64,000 nucleotides of DNA from Eledone cirrhosa (lineage: Eukaryota), in assembly GCA_964016885.1 (NCBI GenBank), contig OZ024742.1, positions 201,252,001 to 201,316,000 on the forward strand, read 5' to 3'. Numbering within the stretch: the stretch's first letter is position 1; each line of letters opens with the position of its first letter. The notes under the pieces are model-generated. The model was not told where the DNA came from. It made no database searches and saw only the letters and a program-made list of their open reading frames with translations. Below are positions 27,611-41,656 of this stretch, piece after piece. Made by a program: the position numbers and the translations under genes.

Positions 27611-28775
27611 TTATATATATATACACATACATATACATACATATATATGTATATTGTATGTAGATATACACACATTTTAATTCCTTTGCCCCATTACTTC
27701 TACCAAGTTATTGGATAAATATACAACATATAGATAAAAAAAAGCCGTCATCCGTGTGATAAAACCAGATGATAATAATTACCGACAGCTTGAGATAAAC
27801 TCGGTACCCTTTTTACGTCAACACGTCATCTTCTCTTTAGTATCGTTTAAAAAAATCTTTCACCACCACCACCATCGCTACTACCAACACTACTACTACC
27901 ACCACCACCACCTTCGCTACCACCGCCACCACCACCAGCCTCAAAGTTACCAAGAATGAAGACATTTTTATGTTTGATGTTGTTGTTGATATGATATCTC
28001 AGCAATGTCTTTCATTTTGTAATGCACACACAAAAACACACACATATCCCCACACACGCCCACACATACACAAACACGCACGCATGCCCAAATCCCCATA
28101 CGCACGCCAGCATGCACACACACACATAAGCACCCGTGCACACTCACAAACACATATATATTCTCATTTTTTTTTCCACTTTTTTCGGGTGTTTAAAAAG
28201 AATTACAAAAGAGTATAATGTATTTTATCACACTAGCGGAGAGGGTTGGTTATTAAAGAACGTTACTAATTTATTCTGAATTAACAAATATAAAAAAGAA
28301 ACGTAAATCATTCCCTCCTAAAAAAAACTTCCCTTTTTTATCTGAAGTATTTCCTAATACCTTGCACGAATCAATGTAATATTATGCATATTTTAGACCT
28401 CACCGAAAAAAATATATTTTATTCTTTTTCTTTCTTTCTCTATTTATCTCTTTGGTTTTTCTATCTCTGTTTCTTTTGATATCTCTTTCATTAACCCTAT
28501 CCCTTTCTTTCTCTGACTCTTTTTCTTTCTCTTCCGCTCCATCCTTATATCTTACTTCATATCTCTATTTATCTTTATCATTCACGTGTTTATCCTTTAT
28601 TTCTCTATTGCGCTATTTCTGTATTTCTGTATCTTTCTCTAGCTCGCCTCTAGCTCTCGCTCACACACTCTCTGTCATTCTGTCTATCTTTCTAACGCCA
28701 ACAATCTAACTATTTAGTATTAAACTTTACGAAAAGAGTTACTCGTTCACTGTTGCCGGTGTTGTTGTTATTGTT

Positions 28776-28813
<38 letters not shown>

Positions 28814-29011
28814 GACCAGGGTCAGGGCCGAGTCAGCAAACGCATTCCAGCTGTGCCATTGCATCTTTTTACAGTTATCTAGGGCTATATTATCTTTGTC
28901 ACTCTTTGCTCAGAGGAATTCCAGCTGTGACCACCCCATCATTTTTAGGGTATCTGTTTATCTCCCACCCATACCTCTCTCTCTTTCTCTTTCTCTCCCT
29001 CTCCCTCTCTT

Positions 29012-29050
<39 letters not shown>

Positions 29051-29167
29051 CTTTATTCCGGGTTCAATCGGGGGTAGCCACAGTATGTAAGGTAACCAAT
29101 ACATAGCAATGAAACAGATCTAGTCCAGTAGAAGCCATTCCTATATTAAATATATATATATATATAT

Positions 29168-29234
<67 letters not shown>

Positions 29235-29830
29235 AATGGGAGAGATAGAGAGAGAGTGGCAGACACACACATATGTGTATATATATGTGTGTTTGTGTAT
29301 ATATATATATATATATATAAGAAGAGAGAGAGGGAGAGTGGGACAAAGAGAGAGAGACAGAGTTGGCAGAGGAAAGTGAAAAGGGAATAAGCGATTTAAT
29401 TCTTTACACGTGTGGAATTGATCTAACCTAATTCTTAGCAGGGCTACAAGCCATTTAAGACATCCATATGCCACATTCTATATTTCCCTGATTCTATTTC
29501 CTTGGTCATTTCAGAATTTGACAAATCCACACGAATTTGTCTTCATTCGTTCAAACTTAATCATTCACTTAATAAAAATTTTGTTAGCATTCAACCCTTA
29601 TTTTCATTGATTATCGATTTCAAGGGGAAAAATTCTTCACAGTTTCAAGAGGTTCGCGAAATAGATCAAGTATTGACAGGGCCATAAAATATAATTCCAA
29701 ACGAATTCTGTTTCTTTTTTTAAAATTCTTTAATTCCGTAATTCGATTAAATAATCTCAGTGACACGAGAGTGAGTGGAGTTATACCACTTTCTTTTTTT
29801 TTTTTACAAAGATTAAACAATATATATGTG

Positions 29831-29861
<31 letters not shown>

Positions 29862-30248
29862 GAGTGTGTATGAGTATATGAGTAACGTATCTATACACAG
29901 ACACACATACACACACACACATACACATATATATATATATAATCAAACCTATAAATTGATTCAGTATTTTTTCCCAACAATACTTGCCAAATTAGTGTGC
30001 AAAAGAATCAATGTCATGGCTCAATATCGATTATTTTTCTTTCAAGCAAAATTAAAATTTCAATTATTTGAATCAATACGTTGATTCTCGGGTATTAGGA
30101 AAATAAGATCGAATAATATGGAATCCTAGAAAAATAACTTCAAATTTATTGTGAACCAATTAGATTTATTGTTATTTTTCATTCTCATTCTCACCACGTT
30201 GACGTCAGATACGCACACAAATGTGTGCTCTCTCTCACACACACACAC

Positions 30249-30287
<39 letters not shown>

Positions 30288-30440
30288 TACTCACTCACAT
30301 ACATTTCAAGACATACACTACCGCCTATTCTTATTTGTCTTATGGAAGATGATTGACTCAAGAGGTGTAAGAATCATAAAATTATTCAGTTGATATATAT
30401 GTGGGGAGGGGATAGTTCTATGCATATATATATATATATA

Positions 30441-30520
<80 letters not shown>

Positions 30521-30872
30521 CTCTAGGTTTTCTTAACTATTGGAGCGCTTGCCAGCATTTCAACGATTTTGCGTTTCGTTTCGTTTTTTCTACCAGCCGA
30601 AATACGATTCTCGCTGAATATATATTTATATATATATATACAAGTAAAAATTAGCGAGAATCGAATTTCAACCCATGAAATAACGAAAAAACACTTTTGA
30701 ATTGTGAGGCAAGCGCTCGATAATTCAAATGAATTAGAGTTTACAACATACGTTAAAGGCCAAACACACTGAGATGGTGGTTAAACTAATTATCCACGCA
30801 GCGAAGATTCGATCTCCTATTTCGGGTCAAACAGATATACCGATATAAAAATATATGAAAGCATAAATGTTT

Positions 30873-30967
<95 letters not shown>

Positions 30968-30970
30968 TAG

Positions 30971-31371
30971 AAATTTTAGAACACTTACAGTATGCAACGT
31001 TTTTTCTTACTCACACATTCTCTAATGAATTCATTACGTTTTCGTACTTTCACACAAATATTATATAAGCAAAATGTTCTATCGGGTAATCACAACCTTG
31101 ATTAAATCTTAACTATTTAACATCTCAGGGTATGTCATGTATCATTATATTTTGTCTGATGAGGCCGTACAGTACGTCCTCATCAGACAAAATATAATGA
31201 TACATGACATACCCTGAGATGTTAAATAGTTAAGATTTAATCAAGGTTGTGATTACCCGATAGAACATTTTGCTTATATAATATTTGTGTGAAAGTGCGA
31301 AAACGTAATGAATTCATTAGAGAATGTGTGAGTAAGAAAAAACGTTGCATACTGTAAGTGTTCTAATATTT
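30971..31371. repeat. Near-perfect 400-bp palindrome
   Basis: About 200-bp arms centred at 31171 (CTGATGAGGCCGTAC-A-GTACGTCCTCATCAG). Confidence 0.9.
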
Positions 31372-31490
31372 TAAAGTGTATGATACTAAAATATATCTAG
31401 GAAAACGTCTCATGAATCATAACAGCCAGTGATAGCCACCGGAAAAAGATTTATAAGGAGGGAAAAATAAAGTGTGGGGGTTTTTTTCAA

Positions 31491-31730
31491 AAGAAAACAG
31501 GAAGAGGATACTTTGGTTCGTGAAGACGTTAGGAATGTCGTATAACCGGAAGTGTTGACATTTGAAAATTTTAAAGAAGTGAATATTTAAATAATGTCTT
31601 TAATTTTTTAAAAAATTCAGTAGACGAAAATACCCTCACTTTTTGACTTGGAAAAAGTTACATTTATGGTGCAAATTTGGTGCTGTCTGGTCCAGCCGTT
31701 TGGCGGAAAGTTTGTTACCTACATACGGCC

Positions 31731-31773
<43 letters not shown>

Positions 31774-32380
31774 AAGTTTTATTTAAATTGTTGGGTTACA
31801 ACGAGTAAATATTTATAACTGATATAAAAGCACTCAACAAGTATTTGGAGTATATTTACGATATTAAATAAATGGAAACTATATTTATAAAACCATATTT
31901 ATTTCATTATATATATTTCAGGGATATCATATTAAAAATATGGTATGCCTTCTTCAGACAAAATACAATATAAACAGTCTTATAAATAGATAGATTTAAC
32001 ATACCTTTCAACTTCAACTTCCATTTAAAAAGTTGATTTGGTACCAAATCAACTTTTTAAATGGAAGTTGAAGTTGAAAGGTATGTCAAATCTATCTATT
32101 TATAAGACTGTTTATATTGTATTTTGTCTGAAGAAGGCATACCATATTTTTAATATGATATCCCTGAAATATATATAATGAAATAAATATGGTTTTATAA
32201 ATATAGTTTCCATTTATTTAATATCGTATATATATATATATATATTAGAAAGTGTGGTTCTTTTTACAAAATGAAAAATAACCGAGGTGTCCTACATGAG
32301 TGAAAGTATAAAGAAAAAGAGATGAAATCGAAAATGCAACTGGAGTCTTATTTAAAAAAAATATATATATATTTATTTGG

Positions 32381-32454
<74 letters not shown>

Positions 32455-32790
32455 CGAAGGAAATGTGGTAAGGAACCAGATGGACCATAACGGCTTGAGC
32501 TCAGCCGTCGGGGTCCTACTCGTTCCTATATATATACTATAAAGCTGACGGCCGTATATAGGTAACAAATTTTCCGCCAAACCACTTGACCAGACAGCAC
32601 CAAATTTGCACCATAGATGTAACTTTTTCCAAGTCAAAAAGTGAGGGTATTTTCGTCTACTGAATTTTGTTATAAAATTAAAGACATTATTTAAATATTC
32701 ACTTCTTTAAAATTTTCAAATGTCAACACTTCCGGTTATACGACATTCCTAACGTCTTCACGAACCAAAGTATCCTCTTCCTGTTTTCTT
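31491..32790. repeat. About 243-bp inverted pair of a Helitron/Helentron-like non-autonomous repeat
   Basis: 31491-31733 versus 32547-32790; related segment at 13215-13275. Family assignment is inferred from the GCAAATTTGGT..CTGGTCCAGCCGTTT style motif. Confidence 0.6.
31857..32228. repeat. Spacerless 372-bp palindrome with a hammerhead motif in each arm
   Basis: Centre GGT|ACC at 32042/32043; right arm CTGAAGA-AGG..CCT-GAAA-TATATATA at 32128-32177; single decayed relative at 52770-52950. Confidence 0.85.
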
Positions 32791-32987
32791 TAGGCTATAT
32801 ATATATATCCATAAATGGTAATTTCTGTATGTTTGTGTGTTTGTTTGTTTGTTTGTTTGTGAACCTAAAACTCAAAAACTACCAAACTGATCTTTATGAA
32901 ACTTGACACGTGTGTGGGGCTCATGCCCGTTTGATTTCTTACGTATATTTCATTTTAATAAAAGGGTTCCCCGGGGGCTCAATATAA

Positions 32988-33410
32988 TACACCCAGTACA
33001 CTCTATAAAGAAGTAATATCGGTGTCACAACAAAATATACCCAGTACACTCTGTAAAGTGGTAGTCGTTGTGTCATGATATAACACACCCAGTACACTCT
33101 GTAAAGTGGTATTGCTGATCTCATGATAACATACACCCAGTACATTGTAAAGTGGTAGTGTTGGTGTCATGATAAAATACACCTAGTACACTCTGTAAAG
33201 TGGTAGTGTTGGTGTCATGATAAATACACCTAGTACACTCTGTAATGTGGTAGTGCTGGTGTCATGATATAATACACCTAGTACACTCTGTAAAGAAGTA
33301 ATATTGGTGTCACAACAAAATACACCCAGTACACTCTGTAAAGTGGTAGTGTTGGTGTCACAGCAAAATACACACAGTACACTCTGTAAAGTGGTAGTGT
33401 CATGATATAA
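32988..33410 (+). repeat. About 47-48-bp minisatellite, 9 units
   Basis: Unit ACACCCAGTACACTCTGTAAAGTGGTAGTGTTGGTGTCATGATAAAAT with variants. Confidence 0.9.
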
Positions 33411-33412
33411 TG

Positions 33413-33546
33413 TATTAGAAAGGGCATCCGGGTGTAGCAAACATGCTGTATATAAAATGTAAGAGTAAAACGGATCCGTCTACTCTTGGACTGTGACAAC
33501 CTAACCAATCCATGCTAGCATGGGAAATATACTTATTATGATGATG

Positions 33547-33548
<2 letters not shown>
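33413..33548 (+). mobile_element. SINE 3' part with RTE-like (ATG)n tail
   Basis: TTAGAAAGGGCATCCGG...CCAATCCATGCTAGCATGG...ATGATGATGAT. Confidence 0.55.
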
Positions 33549-33594
<46 letters not shown>

Positions 33595-33954
33595 ATACAT
33601 ATAGAAATAGCCGTCAAAATAACAAGATATGATGCCTATTCACAAAAGTTTTGAATTGATATTTTGAAAAACATTATTTACAAGAAACAAGATAAGAATA
33701 AGCTTTAATAATGTAATTTTGATTTGATATATTACAAAAAATAATGTTTTCCAATTTTTCATGTATCACATTTTACAGTGAGTAATATGGAAATGCAGAG
33801 TTTTTCTCCATAAATTATATCACTAATTTAAAATCAATCATCATTTTCTTACAAAAACAAAATCAAAATGTGTGAAAGGTAGCAAGACACGGATAATTCG
33901 GCTGGTATATATATATGAATGTATATATAATGTATTTTGCAATACAATTCTAAT

Positions 33955-33987
<33 letters not shown>

Positions 33988-34170
33988 CAAGAAAATGAGT
34001 TTTTTTTTTAAATGAAAAAAATAACGAGATGTCCCACACGACTGAAAGTATAAGGAAAAAAGATGAAATCGAAATGCAACTGGAGTATATTAAGAATATT
34101 TATTTGTTTCCTTTACCGGTTTCACATTTCTTATGCTTTTCAAAAGTAGAATTGATATGGAGGGTATATG

Positions 34171-34215
<45 letters not shown>

Positions 34216-34510
34216 GGTAAAAGAGCGAGATGTATATGTGTATGTTTATGTGTTCGTATGTGTATATATGTGTGAGATATATACATACAATATACATACA
34301 AAGTTCATATTATGGTGGCAATCATATGACTGAAACAACAAAAATTACGAAGGAGAAATATGCCATAGGAATCGAATAAAAAACGTGATTTAATAAAGAC
34401 TAAATATTACAGAAGATGGGACAATTCTCTCTGATGATAGCTAAGTAAACCAGGTATTTGGAGCCACAAGTATTTATACAAACACATAGAATCTTCGACA
34501 TAATACTAAT

Positions 34511-34689
34511 AGTTGTTTCTACTTTAGGCACAAGGCCAGCAATTACCCAGTGCATTACTTGTACTTTATTTTATTGACCCCGTAAGGATGAAAGGCAAAG
34601 TCAACCTCGGCGGGATTTGAACTCAGATTGTAAAGGGACGTAACTATGCTGGAAAGCATGGTGTCCGACCCTCTACCGATACTGCCAAT
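34511..34689 (-). mobile_element. Nin-domain-type SINE
   Basis: Reverse complement of the 60230-60408 copy. Confidence 0.85.
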
Positions 34690-35028
34690 AATAGTGGTGT
34701 ATAATATGGTACAATAATTTTTATACATATGTATGTATATATATATATGCATGTTTGTGTATGTGGGTGTGTGTCTATGTCAGTATATGTGTATATATCT
34801 ATCTATCTATATCTATATATATCTCTGGGATGGACACACGCGTGAAACTTGCTGAGTAAGCTCTGCTTAAATTTCTATAGAAATTCTTGACTGTAAACCT
34901 TCATATTTGAACCATTTTGTAGAGGGACTGCCAGGTCAAATTTTGATCTGGTCAGTCTCTCAAAATATTCTACGCCTTTAGGCGAAATAGTTAACAAAAA
35001 GTTTTTGAAAAACTAACATTTTTTTTAA

Positions 35029-36778
35029 ATGGCTGAAGCTTCTTCACCAACATTCGAAGGAGAAAAGGGGAAGATATGCTTACAGCTTCCCCCTGCCACT
35101 GTCATAGTAGCAGATGTCAAAGACAAAGGCCAGCCAGAGGAAGGATTTTCTCCACCTGCTGACCGACAACTTGACGTTGCCATGGCAACAAACCAAAAGT
35201 GTGAAACAATGAACAAAACCAACACAACCAGCGGCACCAGCAACAACAACTACAATAATAACAATAACAACAACAACAAGACCAATAACTGTGATAACAA
35301 CAACAATGATAACAACAACACCACCGACTACAACAGCAACACAAACAAGGAAAAGGTCTCCTTCGCCCAGACGGCAAGGAAAACCCTCGACTATCTGCCA
35401 GTAGATATAAGTAAAGCGAAGGAGCTACTGGCAGATGCCAAAAAATACATAGTGTACGGGGAAAATGGATCATTTTCGATCCCCCCCTCCCGGAACTAAA
35501 AAGCCAGAGACTCCTAAACATTGTCATGTTTAGGACAGTCTCAAACAAAAGCAAAAAAACAGCTCAACCATCACAGAGTGAGATAGAGATGGTTTTAAAA
35601 GATGTCATGAAAGACATCATATTCATTCAGAAGGATAGACTCTACGGGATTCTATCCATTCTCATGAAGGACAGGGACTCAGCAGCGAAACTATCAATAA
35701 AACCAACCACATCCACCGCATACACCTTCTACACTACGTACATGGGTAGAAGGACACAAAAAATAAAAATTCACACCATCCTTCCGATTATGGACACATG
35801 CTGAGTATTGACAGGTTTGCTGGACCTAGACGATGACACACTAATATCCATGGGAAAGGCATCGGGTGACGCGTTCAGTGGAACGGGCCTAGAACTTGTA
35901 GTTCAAATGAGGCCCGAAAGGATCACACAGATCCCTGAACGCGTCATACTGAATGATCAAACTTTTATCAACATTACCGTTGAGGGTAGGCGGCCCTCGT
36001 GTTACCTGAGGGCTGTGTATCCTCAACTTAACAATAAAACCCCAATCCTGCCTACACCACCAACAACTGCACAACCAACACAATCACCACAACCACCACT
36101 ACAAAAACAACAACCACAGCTCAAACCAAAACAAAACACTGTCCAACCCATCCCCCCCACTAAAAAACAAAACAATTTCCAAAACACCTGCACTGCAAAC
36201 ACAACCCGAAAATTAACCTTCCCCTCCAACACGGAAGATGACCCTCGTTCGTCGTCAGACGAGGAGGAGCACTTCCACACAATCAAAAGAAAAAAAAAAA
36301 ACACACACATCAGACACACATATGAAAAAAAACCTTCCCCAAAACATAACACAGACACCAACACAAAAGAGCACACAACAACAGCAAACAAAAAACACCA
36401 CACAAAAACAAAACCATGCATACACATACATAAACACAAGAAATAAAAAAACTACTAAACATTGTATACAACAACAATTTAGTAAAAACCCAAGGGCCTA
36501 ACTTCACCCTGGCAGGGGATTTTCCCCACCTCAAAATGATTAAGGCCCCAGGGGACACATATAAAGCACTAAATAACAACTTTAAAGAGGACGTCCCCCC
36601 CCCCCTGCTTCGGGTCCATTAACCGCGTCCTCCTAAAACACTTAACCAGCCCCTCCCCTCCCCAATCACACAACACATTGATGGCCCTACACTTCCACAA
36701 ACCACCACCCCACCAAACAACTCATCCTCCACCCTCATGGAAATTGTGCAACCCGATACCCGGGACGCAGAGAGGTAA
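35029..36778 (+). pseudogene. LINE ORF1 (disrupted by stops/frameshifts)
   Basis: Consecutive plus ORFs 35029-35499, 35526-35804, 35808-36446; INITVEGRRPSCYL (broken zinc-knuckle lead-in), Asn- and Pro/Gln/Thr-rich linkers. Confidence 0.7.
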
Positions 36779-36802
36779 GTGCCTTTTCTTTTTACCACCA
36801 AC

Positions 36803-39658
36803 ATGGCTATGCTAAGAGTAGGTTGTCTAAATGCGCGTGGCCTGGGCTCACCTTGGAAGCAAGCAATGCTTCTAAATGACCTCAGGTCACAACGTATAGA
36901 TGTGATGGTTATTTGCGAGGCCCGGATCAGCAACGTACGACAGCTGGCCCCCACCTTTGATGACTTTGAGATGCACGCATCTCTCTGTCAGCCCGGAGGT
37001 GGGGGTGGGGTTGTCCTTCTGCTGGAAAAACATCTGGGTCTCGCAACACAGACGGTACATTTGGACCCGGAGGGTCGACTAGTGGTTCTGGACCTTGGCA
37101 GTGGTGAAGGCGGAGCGTTTAGGCTGGTAGCCGTCTACGGCCCTTTCGGGTCAATGCGGCCGGACTTCTTCGATCGTCTGGAGACTTTTATTGCTATTAG
37201 TGGGGGACTGGAATGGTATCCTAGATGCACGTTGGGATTACGTAGGGGCCTGTCCCGATAGAGAGGGGTGTAACAGCCTCAAAGGGTTAATCGGTCGATT
37301 TGACCTGGCCGATAGATATCAACTAGATTTTCCGACTGCGTATACCTGGACTTGGGCAAACCGCAGCCGATCATCTAGGTCGTACCTAGATAGGTTCTTA
37401 GTTAGAAATAAGGATAAGGACATTTTAAGTTGTCCAAAAATGCGCATGGTTGGCTATTCAGACCACAAGTTAGAGACCTGCATGGTCAACCTTGACAGTC
37501 CATACCTCGACGGCCTGCCGCGTCTCTCGGACAGGGAGGCGAAGTCCTGCGAGGAGCAGATTTCAGCCGCTGAGATAGAGGACGTGCTGAGCCAATACGG
37601 CAAACGCAAATCTCCGGGTCTCGATGGTCTTCCCTACGAACTATATCTAGCTATGCCGGACTTGTTCCCCGATCTCCTCGAAGCGGTCTACTGCAACTGG
37701 CAACAGAACGGGAGAATTCCCTGTGCTGTGACCAAGGGCGTAGTCACGCTAGTGAGGAAGGACTAGAACAAGGGGGACGATATAAATAATTTCAGGCCCA
37801 TAAATTTCTAAATACAGAGTTACAGTTTTTGGCCAAGGTGCTAGCAAAGAGGTTGGCGCTTGTCGTGGGCAACCTGGTGGGAGATGCGCAGACATGTGCT
37901 ATCCCGTCCAGGTCCATCCACGACAACCTCCACCTCATGCGATACATCATAGGGAAGGTTGGGAACGAACCCCGCTTTGGTGGGGCCCTGATCAACTTGG
38001 ATCAATCTAAGGCGTTCGATAGGGTCGACCATCGTTACCTGAGTGCGGTGCTAGCTGCGGCAGGCTTCGGACCCGTTTTCAGGGGCTGGATCAATGCGAT
38101 GCACAGTAGCCGCATCTGCTCTCGGGTCAAGGTGAACGGCTACCTCTCGGAGCCGTTCGAAATCGCGCGGTCCATCCGACAAGGGTGCCTTCTCTCCTCC
38201 CTTCTGTATGTAGTGACGCTAGAGCTACTGCTGTGGAAGTTGGAGTTGTTGTAGGGCATCCCGTCGGAACCGGGATTGCGGAAAGCGGTGTCGGTCTACG
38301 CCGATGACGTGACAGTAATGGTGTCGACGGCCTCGGAAATCGGGGCGATCGGCACCTTACTGGAGGAGTACGAAAGGTTTACAGGGGCTAAGCTGAACCG
38401 GGACAGTCGATCGGTGTGCAACTCGGCACGTGGATGGGCAAATCGATGCCCTCCCATGGCGTCGTCGGGCGCTGGACGGAGGGCCCGGTGAAGTTGCTCG
38501 GGGTCTGGTTCGGACCAGACCTCCAGGTGGAGAAGAACTGGGGTGAGGTAACGAACAGGGTGTTTGCACTGACCCAGAAGTGGGCCGAGTGCAAACTGTC
38601 CCTGAAAGGTCGGGCGGAGGTGGCGAACACTTATCTAGCGTCCGTCATCTACTACCGCATGACCGTCATGCCTTGCCCAATGGAGCGAGCACTCTTCCAA
38701 TTCCTTTGGAAGAAGCGGGCTCCTATGGCGAGGAGATCCATCTGCTGTCAACACCCTTCGAAAGGAGGGCTGGGGATGCCGTGGCTGATGATGCATAAAC
38801 ACGCATTAAGGCTACGGCACCTCCAGGTATTCCTAACCGGTCAACCGGTGTGAGCCCCGTTTGTGAGGCGAGCCTTTCCCAGACTCGTCTCGCTCACCGA
38901 GTTGCAATCCTGGGTCAAGCAAAGACCGAGAAAACAGGGCGCCTGGCACACCGAGTGTGCCCAGGCGCTCACGGCTCTCTGGCAGGCGGACCGGGCTGTC
39001 AGTGGAGAATCCACCTCGTCATTCTATAGAGGGCTGGTGGTTAGCAGGTGCGACGCCGCCCTCGGAGAAGCCCCAGGCATGGAGCAAGACGAACTGGCCA
39101 ACCTGTTCGGTAGGACATTCAACCCGGGACCCATGGATAACTTCCAGAGGTCCCTGACCTGGTAGTGCTACCGAGGGGCTCTGCCCGTTCGAGAAAGGCT
39201 CCACAGACAAGGGCTCCCGGGTAGGGACCCCTCGAAAAAGATCTGTCCAAGATGCGTGTGCGACGAGGAAACCGTTGCACACGCATTGGTACACTACGGG
39301 TATTGCCGATCTGTGGGGCTATGTCGAACAACTGCTGTCAATGGTGGGACCCATCCGGTTGGCCACCGAGTCTATTGTAACCATCAAGCCGCCTCCCCTC
39401 TTCAAAAACGAAGAAGAGGCGGTGTTTCTGTGCGTAATAGTCATGTCGAAAGAGGTCGTATGGTGGACGCGTCTGAAAGGACTGAGGTTAGACACCTTTC
39501 TCTCTGGCCAACAACTGGTCCGTTTCTTCCGATATCATTTCGGAAGAAGGATCAGGATGGAGAGAGAGGTGCTGCACCCTAGCCGTTTTTATGAAAGATG
39601 GGTGAAAGTGGCGAGAATGGCCCGTGTGAATGGGCCTTCATTTTACATCAGACTATAG
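36803..39658 (+). pseudogene. LINE ORF2: APE endonuclease, RT and C-terminal Cys motif (disrupted)
   Basis: LNARGL, GDWN, SYLDRFL, SDH; KSPGLDGLPYE, LDQSKAFDRVDH, RQGCLLS, YADDV; CPRC..EETVAHAL. Confidence 0.92.
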
Positions 39659-39956
39659 GTGAGGAATATGAAAGATCAAGGGAGCACCCCCCTCTCTGTG
39701 CTCCTGAGGCGAAGTGTTGCACACTTTTTTCGGCGGTGTGTGCGACCCCGCAAGGCGCCTCCTCCCTATTGAAAATATATTTTTGTTATATTTTATATAT
39801 TATTTTTTATACTTTGTTATTGCCTCCTCCTTATTGAGGACGCCTTTTTATGTAAACTCCCCCCATTGTACTTGTCCCACTTTTTGATGCCCTGGTGGCA
39901 AATAAAAAGAAAGTTATCTATATCTATATCTATATCTATGTATCTATCTATCTATC

Positions 39957-40073
<117 letters not shown>

Positions 40074-40312
40074 GCACCATCTTACATATATGTATATGCA
40101 TAAGTGCATATGTACATTTTTTACGGTTTAGTCTGAAAAGTAAGCCTGCGTTTAATGGATTACACACACATGTGATGTATATGTATTTACATATATGCAT
40201 ATGCATGTGTATATTTAATATTACATTGTATGTATATGTATATATATATGCATATATAAATAAACATATATCTATATATATATCTATATCTATATCTATC
40301 TATCTATCTATC

Positions 40313-40357
<45 letters not shown>

Positions 40358-40387
40358 ATATATGTATACGTATTTATGCATATGCTT

Positions 40388-40430
<43 letters not shown>

Positions 40431-40541
40431 ATATATATATATATATATGTATGTATATACATACATATATATACATATGTATATATATATATATATATGG
40501 ATATATGTATACGTATTTATGCATATGCTTCCTATTTTCAT

Positions 40542-40587
<46 letters not shown>

Positions 40588-40604
40588 CTCTCTCTCTACA
40601 TATA

Positions 40605-40637
<33 letters not shown>

Positions 40638-40665
40638 GTATGTATATACATACATATATATACAC

Positions 40666-40709
<44 letters not shown>

Positions 40710-40727
40710 ATACATAATTATATATAT

Positions 40728-40791
<64 letters not shown>

Positions 40792-40795
40792 ATAC

Positions 40796-40928
<133 letters not shown>

Positions 40929-41486
40929 TACATATATATATATGTATATTTGTATTGTTATGATAATATATTCAGCAGTCTGTGGAGTCTTTCATGTGTG
41001 TTATCAAAGACATCTTTTGATCTTCTATTATATACGCTAAAAAAAGATGTCCGGGTGATTTTTCACTGCGGAACAAATCCTTTAGAAATGATATGGCTAA
41101 TTATCTAAAATATTATCTTCTTTGTCGACTAATATACTGTATCTGGTTTGAATGTTTCTACTAGTCTTTCTACTATATTGAACTAAATTCGATGAGATGT
41201 TAATATCACATACTTTATCGAACCGAAAACGATACATGATCCTGTGTTATTTCTTTCGTCTTTTATCTTTAACATTTTTATATTTATTTTATTGTCAGCG
41301 ATTAAATATGTGCTTTCGTCTGTCTTCTCTCCTTACACATTTAAACACACACATCACATGTACACAAATACCGACGTATATCTATGTACACACACACTCT
41401 CGCACACACACGCACACTCACACACACGCGCGCGCGCGCGCACATACACACACACATACAAACACACATGCACACACATATATATG

Positions 41487-41542
<56 letters not shown>

Positions 41543-41576
41543 TATATATATATACATATGTATATATATATATGTG

Positions 41577-41656
<80 letters not shown>

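Larger units (their letters stand above)
32800..33906 (+). mobile_element. Possible non-autonomous Helitron-like element interrupted by SINE/minisatellite
   Basis: 5' ATAAATG..(TTTG)n..AACTCAAAAACTACCAAACTGATCTTTATGAAACTTG; candidate 3' end CACGGATAATTCGGCTGGT (CTRR-like). Confidence 0.35.
34825..39915 (+). mobile_element. Near full-length Tx1/L1-clade LINE, inactivated
   Basis: Two-ORF layout, GC-rich ORF2, 3' AATAAAAAGAAAGTT end, (TATC)/(TATATC)-type microsatellite on both sides. Confidence 0.9.

Noticed and set aside
32988-33410. CRISPR-like array
   Set aside because: Inter-repeat segments are homologous, not unique spacers; eukaryotic context and no cas genes.
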